DNA of 64,000 nucleotides from contig CM082596.2 of assembly GCA_040954595.2 (NCBI GenBank), positions 10,716,354-10,780,353 on the forward strand, in the 5' to 3' direction. Source of the DNA: Balanoglossus misakiensis (taxonomy: Eukaryota > Animalia > Hemichordata). This document shows positions 1 to 11,500 of this stretch, in pieces (the first letter of the stretch is position 1; every line of letters starts with the position of its first letter). Below the pieces are notes generated by a model. The model ran no database searches. It was not told where the DNA came from and saw only the letters and a program-made list of their open reading frames with translations. The translations under genes and the position numbers were made by a program.

Positions 1-1025
1 GGATACGAGTCACCATATGATTAGAATACGTTACATATTTTGGCAACTTTCACATGTTCTTTGATCCATACTGTGCAGTTAAAAGTTTGACAATAATATC
101 GTTAGCAGCCATGTGACTTTGAATGCCTTATTGGAATTTTGAAAAAACTCATAAAAAATTCAAACAGACGTTTTCTAATCAAGTTTTCAAGTGAAATGTG
201 ATTGGTGTCACCTTATTAGAGCCAAATTGGATTTCTCTGAACACTGATTAAAAACTAAGATTTCCTATTTCTAGCCTACTCATTGAAAACAAACAAATTA
301 ATTTTTGCCAACAATTTGTTGGCAACTCTCAAATGTCCTTTGACCCAGTAATTCCAGAACTTAATTTTATGTGGATATGGCTCTTGTTAAAAAGCATAAC
401 AGTCATGATTGTGGTCACATGAGTTTTATTGCTGCCAGGACTTAACCCAAATATTTTGATAATTTTGGCAATGACCCTTGATCTACTTGGATATGTCTCT
501 TGTTAAAAGCACAACAGTCATGATTTGTTCACACAAGTACTACTGCTGCCAGGGCATAACCCAAATATTTTGATAATTTTGGCAATGACCCTTGATCTAC
601 TTGGGTATGTCTCTTTTTAAAAAGCACAACAGTCATGATTTTGTTCACATGAGTTTTATTGCTGCCAGGACATAACCCAAATATTTTGATAATTTTGGCA
701 ATGACCCTTGATCTACATTTCCAAAACTTGGTATGCACAGCATATACAGCTGTTAAATTTAGAGGACCGGAACACCTACTGAAGTACATGTATTAACCTT
801 AACACAATAATTATGTATATAAGCTATTTAAAGTTAACCAATAAAGCGTAGAAGTCTGCTTTTTGTTGGACACTGATCAGTTTGGTATCAAATTTTGTTG
901 GCATTTTGCATCACCTCTAGCTTACTTTACCATTTCTAGGCATCCACAACAGATACAGCCTTTGCTTTCTGTTGGAACCATGCTAACCGCTTTGGCCACT
1001 CCAATGCTACTTTTAGTTTTAATTG
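1..1025 (+). mobile_element. Old, diverged HINE-like element copy (5' part outside window) with internal tandem repeats
   Basis: Blocks resemble the young element at 1549-2813, e.g. ACAGTCATGA...TGCTGCCAGGAC...CAAATATTTTG.TAATTTTGGCAATGACCCTTGA. 940-1025 (CAGATACAGCC...CCATG..AACCGCTT...TTTAAT) is a degenerate version of that element's 3' end. Confidence 0.6.
373..716 (+). repeat. Three tandem ~115-bp units inside the old HINE-like copy
   Basis: Units start at about 373, 489 and 603 (GGRTATG.CTC...ACAGTCATGATT...GCTGCCAGG...AACCCAAATATTTTGATAATTTTGGCAATGACCCTTGATCTAC). The same unit occurs once in the young copies (~2250-2360). Confidence 0.85.
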
Positions 1026-1029
1026 TCTT

Positions 1030-3190
1030 CTTCATGGCGGCCATATTGGCTTTTCTAATAAGCTTTAAAAGTTGAAATTTTCATAATCTACAGGGCCAAT
1101 CAAGTTCTAATTTACTGTGCGATTGAAAGTTTGACAAAAATATCATTAGTGGTCATGTGACTTTTGGTGCCTTATGGATTTTTTAAAAATCTCATTAAAA
1201 AACTTCAAAAATCTTTTTCTAATCTAGTTTTCAAGTGAATTGTGATTGGTTAAACCTTATTGGAGTCAAATTGGATTTTCTGAACAACGATTTAAAACTA
1301 AGATTTCCTATTTCTGGCCTACTCATTAATTATTCGTGGATATGCCTCTTGTTGAAAAGCACAATGGTGATGATTTTTTTCACACGAATAGTACTGCTGC
1401 CAGGACATAACCCAAATTGTTTGATAACATTGGCATTGAACTTTGTCCTAAGTTTGGCACCTGTATTCTTTTCTTATGGTGCCTAGACTAATAGCACTAG
1501 AGGTTAGGTTTTTGATGTATATGGACAAGTATGGGACTTAGCTTTTTTTAGGGGCACAAGCCTATCGGGCTTGTGCCCCTATTGGTATTGTTGGAATTTT
1601 TCTTCTTCTTCTTCTTATTATTATTATTCTTCCGAGAAATATGTCATTGTAGATCTGGAAAACCGCAGCACCTAGGGGGCCGAAACTTGGTAGGGTGGTA
1701 GGGGCCAATGAGTAGATGTGCAGTGGCTCGTGAATATTTAATTAGTCACGTGACCTGGCGGCCATATTGGATTTCCTGAAAATCGTTAAACGAGTCCTTC
1801 TCAAAAACCACTGGGCTGATCAAGTTCAAATTTGGTGTGCAGGTAGCCTACCTTATGTCCATCATTTTACCCTATTAAAATCATGACGTCATACATAAAG
1901 TTTTTTTGCTACAATTGTTTTTCTGAAAAACAACTTAAAATTTTAAAAATCTTCTTCTCCAGAACCAGCGATTGCCGAGTCACGGGATTCGGGGTATGTG
2001 GTCACCTAACCTATATCTATCAAAGCGCAATGTGATTGGTCGATCATTATGGCGGCCATGTTGGATTTTCGGAAAACCATTGAAAAATGAAAATTCCGTT
2101 TTGTAGCCAAAATGTTGACAGCACGGAAATTCTTTTTTTGGATATGAGTCATCATATGACCGGAAGTTGTCACAATTTTTCGGGGCAATTTTCACATGAC
2201 CTTTGACCCAGTTTTAAAACAACTAATTATATATGCATATTCCCCATACCTCCTCTTGTCAAAGCACCACAGTCATGAATTTTGTGGACATGGGTACCAA
2301 TGCTGCCAGGACATGACACAAATATTTTGGTAATTTTGGCAATGACCCTTGACCTATTTCTGAAACATCATTTTTCTGCATATCTAATTCCATGCTACCC
2401 AATAGGGCTAGAGGTCTGGTATTGGTTGGACATGGCCCACTCTGGGTTCAAAATTTTATGCCCAAATTTTGGGTGACCTTGGATGACCTTTGATCTACTT
2501 TCCCGTATCTCAGCATCCAGAGCAGTTAGAGCCCTGGCTTTTATGGGGATTGAGCACATAATGGAGTCTTACACAAGACTTCATTAATTATGTGCATACC
2601 TAATTGCAGGCGAACCAATAGGGCTAGGGGTCTGGTTTTTTGTTGGATCTAGACTAGTATGGGGTCCAATTTTTTTGCCCAAATTTGGGGTGACCTCAGG
2701 TGACCTTTGACCTACTTTCCCATATCTTGGTATCCCCGGCAGATACAGCCGTGGCATTTGCTGGTCACCATGGGAACCGCTTGTGCCCCGCCAACGCTGC
2801 TTGCAGCTTTAATGTTACATTTGGAATCCACTGGACCAATGTTGAGCTTATTAAATATGTGAATAACTAATGCTGAGCTTACCTATATTGTTACAGGTTG
2901 AATTTTTTATTAACATGCTCTACTATTGGACTTAATCTGAATTTCTTGACCAATGATAACCTTCAAATTTTGAGGGCTGGAACACCTAATTACCAGGTTA
3001 ACCAATAGAGCCAGAAGTCTTGTTTTTCATTTTATGCTGATTATTTTGGAAGAAAAAATTGTTGACAATTTTGGGTGAGCTCTTGGTGACCTTTGATCAG
3101 CTTTCCTATTTACATAGCAGATACAGCATTGGCACTCTCTGGTATCCATAGGAACTGCTTTGACCTAGCCAATGTTGGTTGCACCTTAAT
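1030..3190 (+). mobile_element. Second old HINE-like copy (1030-1548 plus 2814-3190), split by the younger insertion
   Basis: 1035-1460 resembles both 60-480 and the young copy (GGCGGCCATATTGG, TCAAGTTC.AATTT). 3060-3190 carries a degenerate 3' end (GCAGATACAGC...CCAT.GGAAC.GCTT...GCCAA...TTGCA.C.TTAAT). The two halves join across a T-run. Confidence 0.55.
1549..2813 (+). mobile_element. Non-autonomous Helentron-associated interspersed element (HINE/DINE-1-like), copy 1, ~1.27 kb
   Basis: 5' hairpin TAGGGGCACAAGCC-tatcg-GGCTTGTGCCCCTA (1549-1581), then a (CTT)n(ATT)n microsatellite. 3' subterminal inverted repeat GCTTGTGCCCC (2779-2789), short hairpin GCTGCTTGCAGC and TTTAAT. Sits next to a T-run with no TSD. 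Near-identical copy at 7181-8452. Confidence 0.85.
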
Positions 3191-3254
3191 TGCACCGCAG
3201 TATGTTGGTTTGGGCGAGCTTGCCACATTAATCCTATCATTATCATTGATTTTA

Positions 3255-3390
3255 TTGATTTCATGTTTTTAATTCTTTCATTCTTTTTTTTTTTCTGTAG
3301 GTCCCACCGGTACTCTTCTTCTTCTCTCTCTCTCTTTCTTTTTTTCTTTTTCCTCTTCTTTCTTTTCTCTTTTTTTTTCTTTTTTTTCCT
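3255..3390. repeat. T/CT-rich low-complexity tract
   Basis: Poly-T and (CT)n/(CTT)n runs. Confidence 0.85.
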
Positions 3391-3870
3391 GTAGGCCCCA
3401 ATGGTAACACCATAATCAACCTACTAACGTACAATTTGATGGATGGAGAGAGCGGAGTGTCAACCATAGTCAACCTACTAATATAAACTTTGATGGAGGA
3501 TGGATGGAGCGTCAACCATAGTCAACCTACTAATATAAACTTTGATGGATGGATGGATGGAGCGGAGCGTCAACCATAGTCAACCTACTAAAATATAAAC
3601 TTTGATGGATGGATGGTGCCGCGGAGCGTCAACTTAAATGATGGAGAAGTGGAAGGATGGAGAAGTGGAGTTTTTTTCTCTGTTTTTTCCTCTTTTTTTC
3701 CTGTAGGGCTCACTGGTAACACCATAATCAACCTACTAACGTAAAATTTGATGGATGGATGAAGCGGCGTGTCAACCATAGTCAACCTACTAATATAAAC
3801 TTTGATGGATGGATGGATGGAGCATCAACCTAAAGGATGGAGAAGTGGAAGAATGGAGAAGTGGAGTTTC
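3385..3870 (+). repeat. ~52-57 bp minisatellite with (GGAT)n, nested in a ~310-bp duplication
   Basis: Repeated GTCAACCATAGTCAACCTACTAATATAAACTTTGATGGATGGATGGAGC. The block TTTTCCTGTAGG...TGGTAACACCATAATCAACCTACTAACGTA at ~3385 recurs at ~3695, and AAGGATGGAGAAGTGGA recurs at ~3653 and ~3833. Confidence 0.85.
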
Positions 3871-3999
3871 AACATAATATCCTATTGACCGAAATTATTA
3901 GTTAGAGTAATATAGACATACAAAACGAGGTGATCGTAATATAAAACTTAATAGTCCAATAAATCGGGTTAATAATTGGTAGTGATTACTTGTTTTAAA

Positions 4000-4826
4000 A
4001 TTAGGTTAACAGCAATGGCTTTGTGCAGGGTATGATAATAGGTTCTGAAATGTGTATGGTATAATAACGGTGAACAAATTTGAATTTGGTTTAATAAAAG
4101 GGTTAAAAATGTGATGATGGTTTTATGGTAAAATTGGAGTGTACACAGGTTATAAAGGGGTAACAGTGGTTGCTTGTATGAAGGTAATGATAATAGGGTA
4201 ACAAATGTGACTGGTATAAAAAATGTATAATAACGGGTTCATAATATGATGATGGCTTGTGTACACAGGTTATAATGGGTATATGAATGAGAAGGGTATA
4301 ATAATGATAATAGGGTAACAAATGTGACTGGTATAAAAAATGTATAATAACGGGTTCATAATATGATGATGGCTTGTGTACACAGGTTATAATGGGTATA
4401 TGAATGAGAGGGGTATAATAACGGTAATAACTGTGTCAGGTTTAATAAGGGTAGCAATTGTGCAAGGGTATAATAACGATTAATAATTGTGGTGATGGCT
4501 TATGGTGATATTAAGTATAAAAGAGTGTTTAATATTGATGGTGATGATAAAGGTATAATAATGATAAATCGTTAAATAAGTGTCCAGGGTCTAATAATCA
4601 TGTTGGTTCATTCATTGGTTAATGTGAATATTTTATGAATAACATGCTATTATTTCTCAGATAGATAATACTCGTCAGCATCGTTATTCGGTGGAATTTC
4701 TCGCAACGGTACCCGTGATTGTATTCGCGCATCGACACATTGTACGCGACAGACATGCAGAAAATGTTAGCACAATGTTAGGTTAGCTTAACCTCCCCAC
4801 CCCATCCAAATTCCAAATTTAGCTTA
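4000..4826 (+). repeat. Dispersed repeat X, copy 1, with an internal ~118-120 bp tandem repeat at ~4140-4420
   Basis: Diverged direct copy at ~15940-16573, sharing GGTTCATTCATTGGTTAATGTG, CATTGTACGCGACAGACATGCAGAAAAT and CCTCCCCACCCCATC.AAATTCCAAATTTAGCTT. GTACACAGGTTATAA occurs at 4141, 4261 and 4378. Confidence 0.75.
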
Positions 4827-5552
4827 GATCATGGGGTGAGAGGAGGAGAGGACAGTTTTTTTCCCTCTTTTGTAATTGGTATGAGGTTTTTTAACTGCCC
4901 TTTAGGCGCGTAAATTAAATATGTTATCATACATGTAGTTATCTTGCTTTATTTTAAAACAATTGTGAATGAGCTCTGCGAGATTATGTACACGATAGTG
5001 TGTTATATAATGCTAAGGTAAAAGTAAATTTAACCCACTAACCCATCACACTATTGTGTGCATAATTAGCAGATGCTATTTTGACTAGCCCATTGTTCAA
5101 CCAAATGACACCTTGTTTCAAAAAGAGCTGAAACTATATTGGTTAATTTCTTTCAGTTTAACCACATGACACATTGCTTCAAATTGGCCTGCAAGATATG
5201 CTACTTGAACTCCCCCCCCCCCACCCCCACCCCCCCCCCCAAAAAAAAAAAAATTAGGGATTAATCACTCGCTATATTATGAACATTCACATGAAAATTA
5301 TGCAACCAAATTAAAGGTATTCTGGAGGCGTCTTCTGATGTCAGGTGGTTCAAATCCACCGATACCTAAGCTGGAAACATAACTTTTCATTGGTGTTCAT
5401 GTATGGGGAATAAAACACGCATATTCGTATTATCATATTTCAGAAATGAACGAATTGAATAAGATTCTTTTCGATATGTCACTATAAACTTTAATCCCAT
5501 TTCACCCACTTTACTCAAAATGTAATGTTTAAATAGCAAAGAAGTAATCACT

Positions 5553-8500
5553 AAACTTTGACACCGGGGTTTAAAATGCATACAGGGATACTAAAAGTTG
5601 ACTGAAAATCCCTGGGTTAATACGTGTCCAAAAGCAATTTTATTTGACATTGCTAATGCAGCAATGACATTGAATCTGATTCTTTGCATCAGGGTAAATT
5701 GTGATACAAGCTTGATGATGCAGCCCGGTAGATAGTGATGCAAACACTTCACTTTGACATGGGTATTTAATGCATGTGCATGGGTATTTAATGTTGACTG
5801 TAAATCCCCAGGTTAATTCTTGGCCAAAAGCACTGTAATTTGACATTGCTAATGCTACCGTGACACTAAATCTGATTCTTTGCATCAGGGTAAATTGTGA
5901 AGCAAGCTTGATGATGCATCATGATAGATGGTGTTTCAAGCCCTTCACATTGACATTGGAATATAACGCATATGGGGATTGAAAGTTGATTGTGAATCCC
6001 CAGGTTAATACTTGGCCAAAAGCACTGTAATTTAAAATTGCTAATGCAATGGTGACATTCAATGTGATTCTTTGCATTAGGGGAAATGGTGTAGGAAGCC
6101 TAATGGTGCATCAGAGTAGATGGTGATGCAAGCTCTGCACTTTGACATAGGTATTTAATGCATATGCATGGGTATTTAATGTTGACTGTAAATCATCAGG
6201 TTAGTACTTGGCCATAAGCACTGTAATTTGACATTGCTAATGCAACAATGATATTGAATCTGATTCTTTGCATCAGGGTTAATGGCATTGCAGGCTTGAT
6301 GATGCATCCCGGTAGATAGTGAGGCAAACACTTCACTTTGACATGGGTATTTAATGCATGCACATTGATATCTAAAGTTGACTCTAAATCCCAAGGTTAA
6401 TACATGGCCAAAAGCACTTAATTTTAAATTACTAATGCAAGGCTGACATTGAATATGGGTAAATGGTGAAGCAAACGTGATGATGCATCAGGATAGATGG
6501 TGTTTCAAGCCCTTCACATTGACTTTTGAATATAATGCATATGGGGATTTAAAGATGATTATAAATCCCTAGGTTAAGACATGGCCAAAAGAACTTTCAT
6601 TTGACATTGCTAATGCAACAGTGACATTGAATCTGATTCTATGCATCAGGGTAAATGGCGAAGCAAGCTTAATGATGCATCAGGACAGATGGTGTTTCAA
6701 GCCCTTCACATTCACATTGGAATATAACGCATATGGGGATTTGAAGTTGACTGTAAATCCTCAGGTTAATACGTGGCCAAAAGCAATTTTATTTGACATT
6801 GCTAATGCAATGGTGACATTGAATCTGATCCTATGCATCAGGGTAAATGGCGATGCAGGCTTGATGATGCATCACGGTAGATAGTGATGCAAACAGTTCA
6901 CTTTGACATGGGTTTAAATGGATATGGGGATTTCAAGTTGATTACAAATCCCTGGGTTAATACGTGTCCAAAAGCAATGTAATTTGACATTGCTAATGAA
7001 ATGGTGACATTGAATGTAATTCTTTGCATTAGGGGAAATGGCTAAGCAAGCTTAATGATGCATTGGACTAGATGGTGATGCAAGCTATGCATTTTGACAT
7101 ACATATTTAATGCATATGCATGTGTATTTAATGTTGACTATAAATCCTCAGGTGAATACATGGCCATAAGCACTATAATTGGGGGCACAAGCGCCCTCAG
7201 GCGGCTTGTGCCCCCATTGTTATTGTTGGAATATTTCTTCTTTATTCTTCTTCTTCTTCTTCCCCAAAATTCGGCCAGGTAGATCTGGAAAACCGCAGCA
7301 CCTAGGGGGCTGAAACTTCGTAGGGTGATAGGGGCCAATGAGTAGACGTGCAGTGGCTCGTGAATATTTAATTAGTCACGTGACCTGGCGGCCATATTGG
7401 ATTTCCTGAAAATCGTTAAACGAGTCCTTCTCAAAAACTACTGGGCCGATCGAGTTCAAATTTGGTGTGCAGGTAGCCTACCTTCCGTCCATCATTTTAC
7501 CCAATTGAAATCATGACGTCACACATACCGTTTTTTTGCTACAATTGTTTTTCTGAAAAACTACTTAAAACTTTAAAAATCTTCTTCTCCAGAACCAGCG
7601 ATTGCCGAGTCACGGGATTCGGGGTATGTGGTCACCTAACCTATGTCTATCAATTTTGCGAAGCGCACTGTGATTGGTCGATCATTATGGCGGCCATGTT
7701 GGATTTTCGGAAAACCATTGAAAAATGAAAATTCTGTTTTGTAGCCAAAATGTTGACAGCACGGAAATTCTTTTTTTGGATATGAGTCATCATATGACCG
7801 GAAGTTGTCACAATTTTTCGGGGCAATTTTCACATGACCTTTGACCCAGTTTTAAAACAACTAATTATATATGCATATTCCCCATACCTCCTCTTGTCAA
7901 AGCACCACAGTCATGAATTTTGTGGACATGGGTACCAATGCTGCCAGGACATGACACAAATATTTTTGTAATTTTGGCAATGACCCTTGACCTATTTCTG
8001 AAACATCATTTTTCTGCATATCTAATTCCAGGCTAACCAATAGGGCTAGAGGTCTGGTTTTAGTTGGACATGGGCCACTCTGGGGTCAAAATTTGATGCC
8101 CTAATTTTGGGTGACCTTGGGTGACCTTTGATCTACTTTCCCATATCTCAGCATCCAGAGCAGTTAGAGCCCTGGCTTTTATGGGTATTGAGCACATAAT
8201 GGAGTCTTACACAAGACCTCATTAATTATGTGCATACCTAATTGCAGACGAACCAATAGGGCTAGGGGTCTGGTTTTTTGTTGGATCTAGACTAGTATGG
8301 GGTCCAATTTTTTTGCCCAAATTTGGGGTGACCTCAGGTGACCTTTGACCTACTTTCCCATATCTTGGTATCTCCAGCAGATACAGCCGTGGCATTTGCT
8401 GGTCACCATGGGAACCGCTTGTGCCCCCCCAACGCTGCTTGCAGCTTTAATTTGACATTGCTAATGAAATGGTGACACTGAATCTGATTCTTTGCATCAG

Positions 8501-11500
8501 GGCAAATGGCGAAGCAAGCTTAATGATGCATCGGAGTAGATGGTGATGCAAGCTCTGCATTTTGACATAGGTATTAAATGTATATACATGGATATTTAAA
8601 GTTGTCTGTAAATCCCCAGGTTAATACATGGCCACAAGCACTATAATTTGATATTGCTACTGAAATGGTGACACTGAATCTGATTCTTTGCATCAGGGCA
8701 TATTGTGAAGCATGCTTGATGATGCATTAGGATCAATAGTGATGGAAACACTGCACTATGACATGGGCATTTAATGCATACGCATTGATATTTACAGTTG
8801 ACTCTAAATCCCGAGGTTAATACATGGCTAAAAGCGCTGTTATTTAAAATTACTAATACAAGGGTGACATTGACTATGGGTAAATGGTGAAGCAAACGTG
8901 ATGATGCATCAGGATAGATGGTGTTTTAAGCCCTTCACATTGACTTTTGAATATAATGCATATGGGGATTTAAAGTTGATTGTAAATCCCTAGGTTAATG
9001 CATGGCCAAAAGCAATTTTATTTGACATTGCTAATTGAACGATGACATTGAATCGGATTCTTTGCATCAGGGTAAATGGCAATGCAAGCTTGATGATGCA
9101 TCACGGTAGATAGTGATGCAAACACTTTACTTTGACATGTGTATTAAATGCATATGGGGATTTCAAGTTGTTTACAAATCCCTGGGTTAATACGCGTCCA
9201 AAAGCACTGTAATTTGACATTGCTAATGCGATGTTGACATTGAATGTAATTCTCCGCATTAGGGCAAATGGCAAAGCAAGCTTAATGATGCAATGGAGTA
9301 GACGGTGATGCAAGCTATGCATTTTGACATAGGTATTTAATGCATGTGCATGGGTATTTAATGTTGAATGTAAATTCTCAGGTTAATACATCTCCAAAAG
9401 CACTGTAATTTAAAATTGCTAATGTAAGGGTGACATTGAATCTGATTCTTTGCATTAGGGGAAATGGCGTAGCAAGCCTAATGATCCATCTGAGTAGATG
9501 GTGATGCAAGCTAAGCATTTTGACATAGGTACTAAATGTATATACATGGGTATTTAAAGTTGTCTGTAAATCCCCAGGTTAATACATGGCCATAAGCACT
9601 ATAATTTGACATTGCTAATGAAATGGTGACACTGAATCTGATTCTTTGCATCAGGGCATATTGTGAAGCATGCTTGATGATGCATTAGGGTCAATAGTGA
9701 TGGAAACACTGCACTATGACATGGGTATTTAATGCATACGCATTGATATTTACAGTTGACTCTTAATCCCGAGGTTAATACATGGCTAAAAGCACTGTAA
9801 TTTAAAATTACTAATGCAAAGGTTACATCGAATATGGGTAAATGGTGAAGCAAGCTTGAAGATGCATCAGGGTAGCTGGTGTTTCAAGCCCTTCACATTG
9901 ACATAGGAATATAATGCATATGGGGATTTAAAATTGATTGTAAATCCCTAGGTTAATACATGGCCAAAAGCACTGTAATTTAAAATTGCTAATGCAATGG
10001 TGACATTGAATGTGATTCTTTGCATCAGGGCATATTGTGAAGCATGCTTGATGATGCATTAGGGTCAATAGTGATGGAAACACTGCACTATGACATGGGT
10101 ATTTAATGCATACGCATTGATGTTTACAGTTGACTCTTAATCCCGAGGTTAATACATGGCTAAAAGCACTGTTATTTAAAATTACTAATGGAAAGGTTAC
10201 ATTGAATATGGGTAAATGGTGAAGCAAGCTTGAAGATGCATCAGGATAGATGGTGTTTTAAGCCCTTCACATTGACTTTTGAATATAATGCATATGGGGA
10301 TTTAAAGTTGATTGTAAATCCCTAGGTTAATGCATGGCCAAAAGCAATTTTATTTGACATTGCTAATTGAACGATGACATTGAATCCGATTCTTTGCATC
10401 AGGGTAAATGGCAATGCAAGCTTGATGATGCATCACGGTAGATAGTGATGCAAACACTTTACTTCGACATGGGTATTAAATGCATATGGGGATTTCAAGT
10501 TGTTTACAAATCCCTGGGTTAATACGCGTCCAAAAGCACTGTAATTTGACATTGCTAATGCGATGTTGACATTGAATGTAATTCTCCGCATTAGGGCAAA
10601 TGGCAAAGCAAGCTTAATGATGCAATGGAGTAGACGGTGATGCAAGCTATGCATTTTGACATAGGTATTTAATGCATGTGCATGGGTATTTAATGTTGAA
10701 TGTAAATTCTCAGGTTAATACATCTCCAAAAGCACTGTAATTTAAAATTGCTAATGTAAGGGTGACATTGAATCTGATTCTTTGCATTAGGGGAAATGGC
10801 GTAGCAAGCCTAATGATCCATCTGAGTAGATGGTGATGCAAGCTAAGCATTTTGACATAGGTACTAAATGTATATACATGGGTATTTAAAGTTGTCTGTA
10901 AATCCCCAGGTTAATACATGGCCATAAGCACTATAATTTGACATTGCTAATGAAATGGTGACACTGAATCTGATTCTTTGCATCAGGGCATATTGTGAAG
11001 CATGCTTGATGATGCATTAGGGTCAATAGTGATGGAAACACTGCACTATGACATGGGTATTTAATGCATACGCATTGATATTTACAGTTGACTCTTAATC
11101 CCGAGGTTAATACATGGCTAAAAGCACTGTAATTTAAAATTACTAATGCAAAGGTTACATTGAATATGGGTAAATGGTGAAGCAAGCTTGAAGATGCATC
11201 AGGGTAGCTGGTGTTTCAAGCCCTTCACATTGACATTGGAATATAATGCATATGGGGATTTAAAATTGATTGTAAATCCCTAGGTTAATACATGGCCAAA
11301 AGCACTGTAATTTAAAATTGCTAATGCAATGGTGACATTGAATGTGATTCTTTGCATCAGGGCATATTGTGAAGCATGCTTGATGATGCATTAGGGTCAA
11401 TAGTGATGGAAACACTGCACTATGACATGGGTATTTAATGCATACGCATTGATGTTTACAGTTGACTCTTAATCCCGAGGTTAATACATGGCTAAAAGCA

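Noticed and set aside
5211-5253. Poly-C followed by poly-A (retrocopy tail or G-quadruplex)
   Set aside because: Simple low-complexity run with no associated TSD or element body.
7176-8452. TAATT as a 5-bp TSD for HINE copy 2
   Set aside because: Copy 1 also ends in TTTAAT but has no TAATT on its left, so these bases belong to the element's 3' end. Insertion between T residues without a TSD is simpler.
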